From: an uncultured virus (IMG/VR IMGVR_UViG_3300032677_000013)
Lineage: Duplodnaviria; Heunggongvirae; Uroviricota; Caudoviricetes
Reading direction: 5' to 3' (one strand)
Length of the DNA: 64,000 nt
IMG/VR virus record: IMGVR_UViG_3300032677_000013
Shown: in pieces, positions 18,437 to 28,322 of the stretch
Position numbering within the stretch: position 1 is the first letter of the stretch
Layout of the letters: each line of letters opens with the position of its first letter
Made by a program: the position numbers and the translations under genes
Notes under the pieces: generated by a model
What the model was told of the DNA's origin: nothing
The model's input: the letters and a program-made list of their open reading frames with translations, nothing else
Database searches by the model: none

Positions 18437-19866
18437 CCCACAATCGCCCCAAACAAAGCAACCTTGAACGGATCAGTCGATGACAATTCAAATACCCGGT
18501 CAGAGTTAGTGCCGCGCCGCGTCGAACCCAGCCTGTTCCACCTCAATGTATTGGCATATTGCCCGGTTTGTCCCGCCGCTCCGATCAGGTCTGGGGACCA
18601 ATTGAAGCTATCATCGGAATATCTCAACACCACCTGAGGATTGGTGCCGTCAGGGACTTCCGTCCCGCTCTGGTATGTCAATTCCAGAAAATTAAACCGC
18701 TGCGCATCATAGACATTCTTGGGGGTGGCGCGCCATGAACGAAGCCATTTGCGCTGCGCCCCATTGTCGGTGAAGATATCGAGATTGAGACGATAGATAT
18801 TGCCGCTCGCGTAGTCCCCAACCAACAGATCGCCGTCATTGTAAAAGGCAAAGCAATTGGCTGCGTATCGCCCAAAATTACCATTGGAAAATGATGCCCT
18901 TTGGTGCCAAGCGGGAACTCCCATCCGCTTCGTGGCGGTCAAATCCAAAACCCAAGTAGCGCCCTCAGTCGGGAACGTCAGGACATAGAACTTATGACCC
19001 TCCTGCAGATAGGTAAATCCAATGGCGTCATCTATCGTTGAATAGCCATTCATCGCATATTCCAGAGCGTGCGTGGAAACCCGCTGCTCCTGATACCCAT
19101 CAATCGCATAAACCACCCGCCCGCCGATCGGGCTTTGGCCAAGAAACAACAGCGTCTCTTCAATCTGTGCGAGGCTGTAAGGCACGGCAACGCCTACCTG
19201 CCCATAAACCCCCTGCAGACGCTGGAAAACAAAGCCGTTAAGCCCCGCGTTGATGTAGAAGCAAAAGTGATCTTCCTTGAAGATGGCAAACTGATTGTGA
19301 AACTCAATCAGCGCCACAACATCGCTAGGCGTCCCGTCCTCGGTTGTGAAATTGAGCGGGTCCCATGTGGTCAGATCATTGAGATTGGACTGCCACAGGT
19401 TGAACGTGCCAACCTCGTTAATCAGCACAAACCCATCCATATAGTCAGCAATGCCGGGATTGGAGAACGGCAGCGAGATCGGCGCTAACACCCCGCCTGA
19501 ATAGGAATACCCCCTAACACCATCAAAAATTGCTTGCTGGGTGGAATTGGCTACCATGCTGACAGGACCAGACGATGTGCCGATTGTGCCAAGCAATGTC
19601 GCGTTGTAGGAGTTGTCCAGACTATATACCTGATTTCCAGACACAACTAACAAAAACTCTTCCTGATCGAGCATCCCCCTGATCGGCCCGCTGCCTACTG
19701 TCGTCACCAGATTAAGGCCGGGGCATCCATAAAATGCCCCCACTTCCGCCGATCCGGACTTGCCCTCAACTATCTCAGGATAGAGGTTGATCAGTTGCTG
19801 GTCGGCAAGCGACTTTGACCGCAGGCTATATGCGATGCCCAGAAAAGGCGTCTCGACTGTTTTCAT
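18433..19866 (-). CDS. P22 gp10-like tail hub/DNA stabilisation protein
   Basis: INLYPE, PGL, GPIRG, Y.QEGH.FYVLTFP, WH.RA, W.RLG motifs. Confidence 0.85.
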   Translation of the reverse strand: MKTVETPFLGIAYSLRSKSLADQQLINLYPEIVEGKSGSAEVGAFYGCPGLNLVTTVGSGPIRGMLDQEEFLLVVSGNQVYSLDNSYNATLLGTIGTSSGPVSMVANSTQQAIFDGVRGYSYSGGVLAPISLPFSNPGIADYMDGFVLINEVGTFNLWQSNLNDLTTWDPLNFTTEDGTPSDVVALIEFHNQFAIFKEDHFCFYINAGLNGFVFQRLQGVYGQVGVAVPYSLAQIEETLLFLGQSPIGGRVVYAIDGYQEQRVSTHALEYAMNGYSTIDDAIGFTYLQEGHKFYVLTFPTEGATWVLDLTATKRMGVPAWHQRASFSNGNFGRYAANCFAFYNDGDLLVGDYASGNIYRLNLDIFTDNGAQRKWLRSWRATPKNVYDAQRFNFLELTYQSGTEVPDGTNPQVVLRYSDDSFNWSPDLIGAAGQTGQYANTLRWNRLGSTRRGTNSDRVFELSSTDPFKVALFGAIVG

Positions 19867-20612
19867 CGCGAGCCAACAGAACTGCCGACGCTATCAGTGT
19901 ATGGGTTATAGCTGACATTGGCCCGGCTCACGATGGCGTCATCATAAACAGCAGTAACATCACGCATATTGGATCGTTTGATATTGCCCTTGCTCTCGAA
20001 TGCCTGCGCGATAACGACAGGAGAAAGTTGGCTATCCGCAAAATACGGATGCAATTCCCCAGCCAGATTGGTTTTTAATGCTTTAGCATATCCGGGGGGC
20101 AAGCTGATCGAGGTGGTCAGCGACGACAGATCGGAAAGCTGCAGATAGCTGTCAAAATACATTGTATAGGCAATGGTAGGGAACGGCGCGACGTTGATAA
20201 TCCCAAGAGGGTATTGGTTGTCGTAATAGAGGATTGTAGGGAAGTCCGATGTGATCAGCGCCGAGCGGTTGGAATACATGTTCCACTTGTCGCGCGGCAC
20301 CACCTCCACCGGATAGTTGTTGCCGTTGCTGTCCTGCACATAGGCAGTCCCGGGCCCCTCCAGAATACGGATGGGCCGGGTCATGTTCAGCGTGCCACCC
20401 GCGCCGATGGTGTAGCTCTGAACGCCGGGGACCAGCGTAAAACTCTGCTCCAATGTGGCAAACGTGGTCAGACTTTCATTCGACCAGCTATCCAGCATGT
20501 CATTGAGCACGCGGAGCCCAAGCGCAGCATCCTGACTGGCAATCGCCCCCCCGATGCCATAAACGCCGATCAGCCCATAGGCGTCGTTGATGATATCGAG
20601 GGCGGTGGTCAT
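19863..20612 (-). CDS. head-tail adaptor (P22 gp4-like)
   Basis: TALDII.DA, LNDMLDSWS, LPPGY..AL..NLA. Confidence 0.8.
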   Translation of the reverse strand: MTTALDIINDAYGLIGVYGIGGAIASQDAALGLRVLNDMLDSWSNESLTTFATLEQSFTLVPGVQSYTIGAGGTLNMTRPIRILEGPGTAYVQDSNGNNYPVEVVPRDKWNMYSNRSALITSDFPTILYYDNQYPLGIINVAPFPTIAYTMYFDSYLQLSDLSSLTTSISLPPGYAKALKTNLAGELHPYFADSQLSPVVIAQAFESKGNIKRSNMRDVTAVYDDAIVSRANVSYNPYTDSVGSSVGSR

Positions 20613-20788
20613 TCGCCTGAGTCAATCACTGAAATAGTTGGGTTGGGATCGGCAGGGACCGGATCGCCGGGTGAAGGGATAACGGGAACAGCCGCCGTAT
20701 TGGCCTGCGCAATAGCGTCACCCAACTCTTGTGCCGATGAATACAGCACGCCGTTATACCACTGTGGGAAAGGCTCAAACGACATCAT
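20609..20788 (-). CDS. small hypothetical protein
   Basis: ATGA coupling on both sides. Confidence 0.5.
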   Translation of the reverse strand: MMSFEPFPQWYNGVLYSSAQELGDAIAQANTAAVPVIPSPGDPVPADPNPTISVIDSGE

Positions 20789-21069
20789 GCGTCTCCGCAA
20801 TCTTGCGGGGTCGTCCGCCACGGTTTTTGACCGGGGCATCTTCCTCCGCCGTCCACATATTTGATAGCCGCCTTCAGCTGCGCCATCGCGGCAATCTTGG
20901 CTCCGACATCTCCAATCAACCAGCAAACGTGAAGTTCAAGCCTGGGATACCAAGCAAATATCATCCCGCCATTTAGGTCAGGCCATTTGTAAAATTCCGT
21001 TCCTTCGGGATGCTTGCCGGGCACTTTAATGCGCTCGCCGCTGCGAATGTCAGGGCCGGTGCCAGTCAT
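20785..21069 (-). CDS. hypothetical protein
   Basis: coupled ORF; tail is an off-frame duplicate of the upstream gene end. Confidence 0.5.
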   Translation of the reverse strand: MTGTGPDIRSGERIKVPGKHPEGTEFYKWPDLNGGMIFAWYPRLELHVCWLIGDVGAKIAAMAQLKAAIKYVDGGGRCPGQKPWRTTPQDCGDA

Positions 21070-21506
21070 GCCGCTTCAACCTTGCGGGGGCGACCACCAC
21101 GGTTCTTGGCCGGCACATCTTCGCCATCACCAATCGCGGGCGGGATCAGGGGCGGCGAAAGTTCATCCTCTTCCTCGCGGCTGTTCACCAGCACAACGCC
21201 GACATACTTGGGGTATTCCAGCGGAACGTAAGCATCAGGCGGGGACGATGAATGAGCGACGGCATATGCGCTGGGATCACAATCACCAGCAAACTTATAT
21301 CCCTGAGCCTCGTAATATTTACGCTCCTCATCGGAATTGACGGTAACGGGCGGCATACGCTCTGGCGTGCCCTGATAGTCGCCAGTGCCAGGGATGGGCT
21401 GGCGTTGCCCGTTCAGCCTCTCCGTGCCGGGGACAAGCAGAGACTGCGCGGCTTTGTATGCGGGGTGAGCCATAGTCACCGGGTAGAGTTGATATTCATC
21501 CATCAT
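21066..21506 (-). CDS. hypothetical protein with AT-hook-like tail
   Basis: EYPKY..V.S.EEE motif, GGRPRK end. Confidence 0.75.
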   Translation of the reverse strand: MMDEYQLYPVTMAHPAYKAAQSLLVPGTERLNGQRQPIPGTGDYQGTPERMPPVTVNSDEERKYYEAQGYKFAGDCDPSAYAVAHSSSPPDAYVPLEYPKYVGVVLVNSREEEDELSPPLIPPAIGDGEDVPAKNRGGRPRKVEAA

Positions 21507-21730
21507 GCGCTCTCCTTGTAATAGTCAAAAGTGTTGCGGATCGCGTCAACCGCCTGTTGCCCCTGAGGGCTGGTAATGATGCTCAGCGGTGCATCGTGAT
21601 GCACGCCATCTCTATAAAACCGGGCGAACTTAACACCGCTCTGCCATGTCACAAGATCAACCGTCATCCCGTGAAGGTTGATGTCAGGAAGCAACAAAGG
21701 CTCTTTATCTTTCACTCCATAATCAGTCAT
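21503..21730 (-). CDS. hypothetical protein
   Basis: RBS AGGTG then MTDYG. Confidence 0.6.
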   Translation of the reverse strand: MTDYGVKDKEPLLLPDINLHGMTVDLVTWQSGVKFARFYRDGVHHDAPLSIITSPQGQQAVDAIRNTFDYYKESA

Positions 21731-21747
21731 GGCTATCACCTGCATTA

Positions 21748-21789
21748 GCAAAAACACCCCCAATGACCATAAACGCCATTGGGGGTGTT
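21748..21789 (-). terminator. intrinsic terminator after capsid genes
   Basis: 13-bp stem AACACCCCCAATG/CATTGGGGGTGTT followed by U tract on minus strand. Confidence 0.8.
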
Positions 21790-21840
21790 GTCATATTTGC
21801 CATGCAGACAGCCTAACACGACTGCGGGATTGGATCAATC

Positions 21841-23247
21841 CTAAGCGCCCGCCTGCAAGCCAAGCGTCACAAGATCGGTGCGGGTTTTAGCAACCATGTT
21901 GCTGATCGTCGCAGCCGCAGCCGCGCAGGGCTGAGTGACCTGCGTGCCAGCGCCGCCCTGCTTGATCTGAAAGTTGCCAACCAGATAAGTCTCGGAGTTG
22001 GGGACAATCGCCGCACTGGTCAGGTTGGCAAAGGTGATAGCGAGCGTGTTAGCCGCCGATACACGGCAGCCGACAATGCCAAGGCCAGTCTGCCAGCTTG
22101 GCTTGTTGATCCACACCGCCGAACCCACAACCAGGCCAGTAACCGTGAAAGTCTGCTCGGCAGTCGTATTCGCAGCCACCGAAACCGGCGCGAAAGTCTG
22201 AGAATACAGCACCAGGGGGGCAACCGGGGCCAGACGATAAACGAGCTGGTCATAAGTCAGGCTGGCGGTCGGAGTAGCCCCGGTGCCGATACCGCTGAAA
22301 TACATCGTCAGCGTATCAGCCGAGATGATCGACAGGGCAGGAACCGCCGCATTGGTAGCCGCCGCCTGAGCCGTCACCTGCGAGGGCGGGCCAATCGGGA
22401 TATCGCTGGCCAGCGCGCCGACCATCGTGGTGTTGCCGCCCGTCACAACCAGTCCAGCGCCAATCGCGCCAATCGTGCCAGCGTTGAGCGAGAACGTCAT
22501 GAAGTTGCTGATTGCATCAATGCCAGACAGCGTGATGAAGGTATAAACCTCGGCAGCAGTCGGAGTGATGGCCGATCCGGTAAAGTTGGCGAAGGTGATG
22601 CCAACCACGTTATTAGCCACACAACGGATGCCAACAATATCGAGACCAGCCTGAGCGGTTGGCTTCGATACCTGCAGAAGTTGACCAGCCACAACGCCAG
22701 TAACCGTAAACTGCTGCTCAATGGTGGTGTTGGCCGCAACCGCGACAGGCGACAGAGTAGCCGTCAGCGAGGGCAGGCCACGAATGGCAACCACCGTATA
22801 TGCCTGCGAGGCGGTCGGGGTGATAGAACTGCCAGTCGCGTTGTTGAAGTTGACGCCAATGCTGTTGGAGCCAGCAACGCGGACGTTGCCAATGCCGAGA
22901 CCAGCCTGCGCGGTTGGCTTGTTGATGAACAGAAGATCACCCGTCGCAATCAGCGTGCGGGTAGCCGTCACCGTGCCGCTCTGGACGGTCAGAGACTGCT
23001 CAGCCGCCGTGTTAGCCGCCACCGCCGAAGGGCTCTGCGTGCTGCCATAGGTGGTGATAATGCCAGCCTGCTGACCCTGCACCAGCGCAGCCTGATTAGG
23101 GCCGCTCGGCTGCACAACCGGCGTCTTGCCAAAGAACGCACCAGGAGCAGTGGTAGAAGGAAAAACAACCTCACCGCCCGGATCGCCGTTGGTGATCTGG
23201 GTAGTGGTCGGGACATTCGAGTTGACGGTGGCGGTGACAATGCCCAT
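21841..23247 (-). CDS. putative capsid decoration protein with internal repeats
   Basis: three copies of P..VAANT..EQ.FTV.G...INKP..Q.GL.I...R; follows coat gene. Confidence 0.6.
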   Translation of the reverse strand: MGIVTATVNSNVPTTTQITNGDPGGEVVFPSTTAPGAFFGKTPVVQPSGPNQAALVQGQQAGIITTYGSTQSPSAVAANTAAEQSLTVQSGTVTATRTLIATGDLLFINKPTAQAGLGIGNVRVAGSNSIGVNFNNATGSSITPTASQAYTVVAIRGLPSLTATLSPVAVAANTTIEQQFTVTGVVAGQLLQVSKPTAQAGLDIVGIRCVANNVVGITFANFTGSAITPTAAEVYTFITLSGIDAISNFMTFSLNAGTIGAIGAGLVVTGGNTTMVGALASDIPIGPPSQVTAQAAATNAAVPALSIISADTLTMYFSGIGTGATPTASLTYDQLVYRLAPVAPLVLYSQTFAPVSVAANTTAEQTFTVTGLVVGSAVWINKPSWQTGLGIVGCRVSAANTLAITFANLTSAAIVPNSETYLVGNFQIKQGGAGTQVTQPCAAAAATISNMVAKTRTDLVTLGLQAGA

Positions 23248-23259
23248 GATCAGGCTTCC

Positions 23260-23496
23260 TTATATATGACAGAGAACAACAGTCGGATTGGACAGATACG
23301 TATTCTTGCCGTCGATGATAGCCTTGGCAATGTTAGCCCGTATCTCGTCCGCAACCTCACGGATAAGACCCGGCGTCAGAACAACAGGCTTGGGCTCACC
23401 GCGCCAGTCAGCCACCACGTGATATAGCGGCGTCCGCATCGGGGACTTCCACCCCTTCGGCATCTTCTTCGCCTCGGGCTTGTAAGGTTCAGACAT
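23260..23496 (-). CDS. hypothetical protein
   Basis: fills the gap between coat and repeat protein. Confidence 0.55.
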   Translation of the reverse strand: MSEPYKPEAKKMPKGWKSPMRTPLYHVVADWRGEPKPVVLTPGLIREVADEIRANIAKAIIDGKNTYLSNPTVVLCHI

Positions 23497-23506
23497 TATC
23501 CGCGCC

Positions 23507-24697
23507 CTAATTGGTAAGCCGAACTCCTAGGTCATCGTAGAATTGCGTAGTTCCGTATAGGATATCAATTCGAGCTGGAAAAACGTCGTTCGAGATGTCG
23601 TATGCGCGAATAATACGCATGGAGATGCCCTTATACATCTCGCGGGCGCGGAAATCGACGCCTTCCGGCAGTTCCAGCGGAACGGTGACGAGGCCGATAG
23701 CATCCTTAACAAACGCGATGTTGTTGAAGTATGCGGTGTTGGCGTTGCCGGAAATGACCGAAACACCCGCAAGGTTGGCAGGCGAGGCGGTCGAGTTCTG
23801 ATAGGCACCAGTCGTGGTGATCGCGGGGAAAATGTTGATGGTGGCATTGCCGCCGCTGTCGGACGAAACCGCCGAAGTGACGGTGAAGTTCTTGAGCGCG
23901 CCGGTGGACTGGCGAGGAGACTTGCTGCTCACCTGATACACACCAGCCAAGGTGATGACATCACCAGGCAGAAGCAGGTTGGTCCTGCTGGCCGTCCAGC
24001 CGTTGGTGATAATGCTGGAACCAGTCTGCCCAGCGCCGTTGACCACGCCAGAGCCAGCATAGTTGCCGTTGGTGTGCTGCTGGATGTTCTGATCCATGAA
24101 GATCATGAAGTTGGCGAGGTTGGCAAGAAAACCCTTCAGGGCTCCCTCAGCAACCGACTTCACATAAACCGCGATGAAAGCATTCGCTATCGACCAATAG
24201 GCTTGCGGATTTAGGATTAGCACGCGTCCATCCTGAGGAGCGCCGAGTTCATCCATACGCTGACCAACAGCAGCAAGCGATGCGAACGAGTTGGGCACCG
24301 TGCCGGGGGTGCCAACAAGATTGGAGAAGCTGAACGTGTTGGTCAGCGTATCATAGTCGAGCTGGTTGGCGAGTTCCGAAGCAGCGGGCTTGCAATAACG
24401 CTCGCTAAACTCTTCGATGGTCAGCGTCAGGTCTTGCGACGAGAACTGAAAGTCAACGTGCTTCTGGTTGCTGATGGTGATCGAAGTGCTCGGCTCGCTG
24501 ATGTTCTGAATAGACAGGCCCGGCCCCGAAGTCACCGTAAACCGATTTGGCTTGCGAACGGTCAGCGAACTGCCGATCTTCACAAACTGGTTCTCGAATT
24601 GACGGTTAACCTTGCCAGCGGCGACAAGGTTGTTTTCGAGCATCACAAGGGTTTCCTTGGTGATGAGCGATGGCGACAGAAGGGCGTTAGTGGACAT
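23507..24697 (-). CDS. major capsid protein, P22 coat family
   Basis: LENNL, KIG.SLTVRKP, QKHVDF.F, RIDILYG. Confidence 0.92.
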   Translation of the reverse strand: MSTNALLSPSLITKETLVMLENNLVAAGKVNRQFENQFVKIGSSLTVRKPNRFTVTSGPGLSIQNISEPSTSITISNQKHVDFQFSSQDLTLTIEEFSERYCKPAASELANQLDYDTLTNTFSFSNLVGTPGTVPNSFASLAAVGQRMDELGAPQDGRVLILNPQAYWSIANAFIAVYVKSVAEGALKGFLANLANFMIFMDQNIQQHTNGNYAGSGVVNGAGQTGSSIITNGWTASRTNLLLPGDVITLAGVYQVSSKSPRQSTGALKNFTVTSAVSSDSGGNATINIFPAITTTGAYQNSTASPANLAGVSVISGNANTAYFNNIAFVKDAIGLVTVPLELPEGVDFRAREMYKGISMRIIRAYDISNDVFPARIDILYGTTQFYDDLGVRLTN

Positions 24698-24711
24698 GGC
24701 TTTCCTTTACG

Positions 24712-25635
24712 TCATTGCAGCAGAGCGCGCCGCTCCGCATTGATTTGGGCTTGTCGGTGCGCGAAATATTCGTCCCCCATCTCGTTGGGGTTTTTAACCG
24801 TCTCACCCGAACGCTGGCCGACAGGCTTGATTGGTGCGGGCTTGGGGTTGGAAGCCTTGACCTCTGGAGAGCTCAATCGCGCCTCGATACGGCCAAGTTC
24901 ATAAATCTGCTTGACAGGGGGCAGCGCATAAATACGCGCGCACTCGTCCGGGTTTTTGCCCAGCCAATAGGATAGATCGGCGGGCTTGTCCGATTCCGCA
25001 ATCGCCAACGCCATATCTCGACTGATGGGCAGATCGTCGCTAAATACCTCGTCAAAGTCCGAATGACCGGCCTTGAAGGCCTCGACATTGTTGCGGTAAT
25101 TATCAGCTAGGCGCTCTTGGTTCTGACGCTCAATCTGCTGCTGACGCTCAGCGCGATCCTTCTGGATTGCCTCTTCTTTCGCCTTGGCAATCTGTCCGTC
25201 AGTCCACGCATCCAATGCGGCGTCAAACGCATCGGGATTGTCGAAATTACCCCTGACAGGTTTGTCGGCGGGCGGTTCAGCCTTCTTGGTGGTCACAGCC
25301 TCCAGCGACTTGGCCAAAGCTGCGTTCTGCTCGGCAAGGGCGGCGGCCTTGGCTTCCGCCTCTCTCGCCTTCGCGCGGGCCTTGGTTACTTCACCAACGG
25401 GCACGCGCTTGTCATTGCGCGTCTTGGGCTCATCATCATCGCCCGTAGCATCCGCAGTGTCATCGACAGCTTGCTTATCAGCAACCCGCTCCTCAACCTT
25501 GGCATCGTGCTCGGCCTGAGCCTCGTCTGCAGTGTTTTTGGTGATGTCGATCACTGGCGCATCGGAAGTAGCCGACAAGGCAGGGCCTGCCTTCGGCTGG
25601 TTTTCGAACATGGCAATGGCAGTCACATCAGTCAT
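24712..25635 (-). CDS. scaffolding protein
   Basis: acidic/helical, Y.LGKNP.E..RI...ELGRIEA, between portal and coat. Confidence 0.85.
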   Translation of the reverse strand: MTDVTAIAMFENQPKAGPALSATSDAPVIDITKNTADEAQAEHDAKVEERVADKQAVDDTADATGDDDEPKTRNDKRVPVGEVTKARAKAREAEAKAAALAEQNAALAKSLEAVTTKKAEPPADKPVRGNFDNPDAFDAALDAWTDGQIAKAKEEAIQKDRAERQQQIERQNQERLADNYRNNVEAFKAGHSDFDEVFSDDLPISRDMALAIAESDKPADLSYWLGKNPDECARIYALPPVKQIYELGRIEARLSSPEVKASNPKPAPIKPVGQRSGETVKNPNEMGDEYFAHRQAQINAERRALLQ

Positions 25636-25668
25636 GCTGAGTTCCTTGAGGTTTGCACTCTGTGCTGA

Positions 25669-25733
25669 CCCGGCTTCCTGCCGGTAAGGTTGTGGTCATC
25701 CGACTAACACCCGAGTTTGCGGCACTCGGTAAG
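25669..25733 (-). promoter_or_regulatory. tandem CUUACC-hairpin-GGG elements in scaffold leader
   Basis: minus strand CTTACCGAGT-gccgcaa-ACTCGGG and CTTACCGGC-aggaa-GCCGGG. Confidence 0.55.
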
Positions 25734-25767
25734 CCAACCCGCATGAAGCGGTGTCTCGTCTATACTC

Positions 25768-27999
25768 TTATCTTGGTAGGTTTGCAATATCATTGCCTGA
25801 CCCTTGTTTGCCTTGGTCTTTAGCCATCGCGGCTGTTCTATCTGCCTCAACCTGGCGACCCTCGGCCTTGTCAACAACATCAATAATCGTCTGTATCTTT
25901 TCAAGATCAATCTTGGCGTTGGCATCTTCCGACTTCTGGATGACGCCGAGAAGTTTGACCATGAAGTCTTTTTCGATCTTGTCTTTCGCGATGGCCCGAT
26001 CCTCACCCTTTTCAGCCAGGGCTTTCATCGCCTGCTGCAACTGCACGGTGAGTTGTTTGACATTGGCCTCGAGGTTCTGGATCATCGCCTGCACCTGCGG
26101 CGGCACGTCCTTCTGATCGGCGGTGAGGAACTGCGGCGGCACAGCCTTGGCAAGGCGCGTCGCCATCTCTTCAGCTCCATCCCAGTCCTGATACTTGGCG
26201 ATGAGATCGGCAATCAACTGCGCCGACTGCGGCAGAGCCTTGGCGAAGTTCATCATACTCTCAGCCGCTTCTATCCGGCGCGTGGCGAACGAAGGCCCGG
26301 TGGTGGCAGTCACGGCATACTTGCCCAACTGTAGGTTAACCGTTTTCATCGGCTTCTTGTCTGCACCCTGCGACACCTCGGCATGGGCTTGAGGGGCATG
26401 TGGATCAAGCTGCACAACCTCTTCGCCGTCATCCTCGCGCAAGATCGTTACAATGCGGCGCTCGTCGTAAATCTTGGGGATTAGATCCATCATGATCCGC
26501 CCGCCATGGCGCAGTGAACGAAGTAGGTTATCGATGTAGTGATATGATCCAATATCGCTTGACCTGCGAAGCTCGCGCACGGCCACGCCGCTTTCGTCAT
26601 TCATGCGCTCTTGCTTGGACGCATCAAATCTAATGCCCGTGGTGGACATCATGTGTTGCTTGCTGTTCTCCATGCCCTGCTGAATGCCAGCGGGCACCCC
26701 GGCAAAAGGCTGGCGCTGAGGAGGAGGAGCGGGTTTGCCAGATACAGACGTTGCCTTGTATGACAGGTAAGGCATAGGTTTGGTGTTGGCGCTCTTCCAC
26801 TGGCGCTCATGGCCTTCAATCTGGCCCTCCTCCACCAGCCACGGGCTATTTGGCGCGAGGGCGACTGCCTCGGTATTCTTTGTCTCCCAGTAATTCAACA
26901 TACGCTGAGCATCTTTGGCGTTGCGGATCAGTCCGCCAACCTTCACATCGCCTTCAATATCTATCTCGTTGCCCACAACCTTGACGATAGGTATCCACTT
27001 GCCCAACCAATCCGAGCGATCAAGAACCTCAACACCCGTAACCTTGTAGTATTTGACCGTAGGACATTCAGCCTCGCGCTCCTCCACGATCCTTGCGGTC
27101 TTAGCTTCGATCGCCTTGGTGACGCTATCGTTTAACTCGTCTTTCCAACCAACATGACCATTGTCCAGGCGCACCAGCGTGCGCATCTCGGTCTTGATCT
27201 CGTAATACTCGGAAACCCGCACAGCGTCCTTGCCAGACCAATCCTTGAGATTTTCCCCCGCTCCGCCTTCGAAGAAGGGGACTGGCTGCGCGTCGGGATA
27301 TTCCTCTTCAAAATCCTCGCGCGGCACCATCTCCGTCACAAACGCATAGCGCGCATCCGAACCGTCAGGCTCCTGATGGTATGGGTCAAGGTAGACCGTG
27401 AAAGGGTTGCGCACGCGCTTGATGACGATAACCTGATGAAAGCTGTCAGGGCTCTCCCAATCGGTCAGATACCGCCAGTATCCCCATCCGCTCGTTACAG
27501 CATCATCAAAGGCAGTGTCATAAGCGATGTCCGCCGCGCAGTCCCGCTCAATCTTGCGGTTTAGACCACGGAACACCTTGGCCGCCTCTTTGGATGCCTT
27601 GCCGCCATCAGGGCTAAAATTGATCGATGGGCGGTTCTGGCGCTGCTCGTTGACCACCTGATTAACGAATGTGGGTATCTGGTTGATAGTCAGACAAGGG
27701 CGCTTGTCGGTGTTGCGCTGAGCTGCCACATCAGACGGCCATTGATCGCCAGCCTTGAACTTGCGATCCTCTAAAGCAGCCTTGCGATTACCACTCTCAC
27801 GCTTGACGCAAAGCTGCATACGCTTGCGGATTTTATCCAGCAACTTGTCATCATCAACATCGTCTTGCTTGTCGCCAAGCATCTTGCCCTTGTCATCGGA
27901 CGGGCTAAGAGTGGTGGGAGCAACCTTGTTCATCGCTGCGTCTGTAGGTGGCAGACCAATCTTGCCGCTGGGGCGTGGGCCAGATGCATCCCATGCCAT
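25768..27999 (-). CDS. portal protein, P22-like
   Basis: GDQWP, RPCLTIN, KDAQR..NYW, SG.A, GPSF.TRR motifs. Confidence 0.93.
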   Translation of the reverse strand: MAWDASGPRPSGKIGLPPTDAAMNKVAPTTLSPSDDKGKMLGDKQDDVDDDKLLDKIRKRMQLCVKRESGNRKAALEDRKFKAGDQWPSDVAAQRNTDKRPCLTINQIPTFVNQVVNEQRQNRPSINFSPDGGKASKEAAKVFRGLNRKIERDCAADIAYDTAFDDAVTSGWGYWRYLTDWESPDSFHQVIVIKRVRNPFTVYLDPYHQEPDGSDARYAFVTEMVPREDFEEEYPDAQPVPFFEGGAGENLKDWSGKDAVRVSEYYEIKTEMRTLVRLDNGHVGWKDELNDSVTKAIEAKTARIVEEREAECPTVKYYKVTGVEVLDRSDWLGKWIPIVKVVGNEIDIEGDVKVGGLIRNAKDAQRMLNYWETKNTEAVALAPNSPWLVEEGQIEGHERQWKSANTKPMPYLSYKATSVSGKPAPPPQRQPFAGVPAGIQQGMENSKQHMMSTTGIRFDASKQERMNDESGVAVRELRRSSDIGSYHYIDNLLRSLRHGGRIMMDLIPKIYDERRIVTILREDDGEEVVQLDPHAPQAHAEVSQGADKKPMKTVNLQLGKYAVTATTGPSFATRRIEAAESMMNFAKALPQSAQLIADLIAKYQDWDGAEEMATRLAKAVPPQFLTADQKDVPPQVQAMIQNLEANVKQLTVQLQQAMKALAEKGEDRAIAKDKIEKDFMVKLLGVIQKSEDANAKIDLEKIQTIIDVVDKAEGRQVEADRTAAMAKDQGKQGSGNDIANLPR

Positions 28000-28108
28000 C
28001 AGATCACTCGCACCAATGCCATGACGAACATCAACACAACTACGCCAGCCGCGATAGCCGCCGAGCCGAGTAGCCCTGCGATTGACCAGCCAATAACCCG
28101 CGCAGGTG

Positions 28109-28318
28109 TCATCTGATCCTTACTTCCCCCGGCGCACAGCCAGCTTCAATAGCCTCAATACAGGCATCAATAGCATTTTCACGCCGCTCGCGATAGCCCT
28201 TGCCATCTCGCTCCACAATCATGAAGAACTCTGCCCCGTGATCATCAGCAACAGACACTCTAGCCACATAGGCATCGCGGATCGGGCAGTAGTATTCGTA
28301 CTCGCTAAAGCGCGTCAT
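28109..28318 (-). CDS. hypothetical protein
   Basis: short ORF between terminase and portal. Confidence 0.55.
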   Translation of the reverse strand: MTRFSEYEYYCPIRDAYVARVSVADDHGAEFFMIVERDGKGYRERRENAIDACIEAIEAGCAPGEVRIR

Positions 28319-28322
28319 AAAC

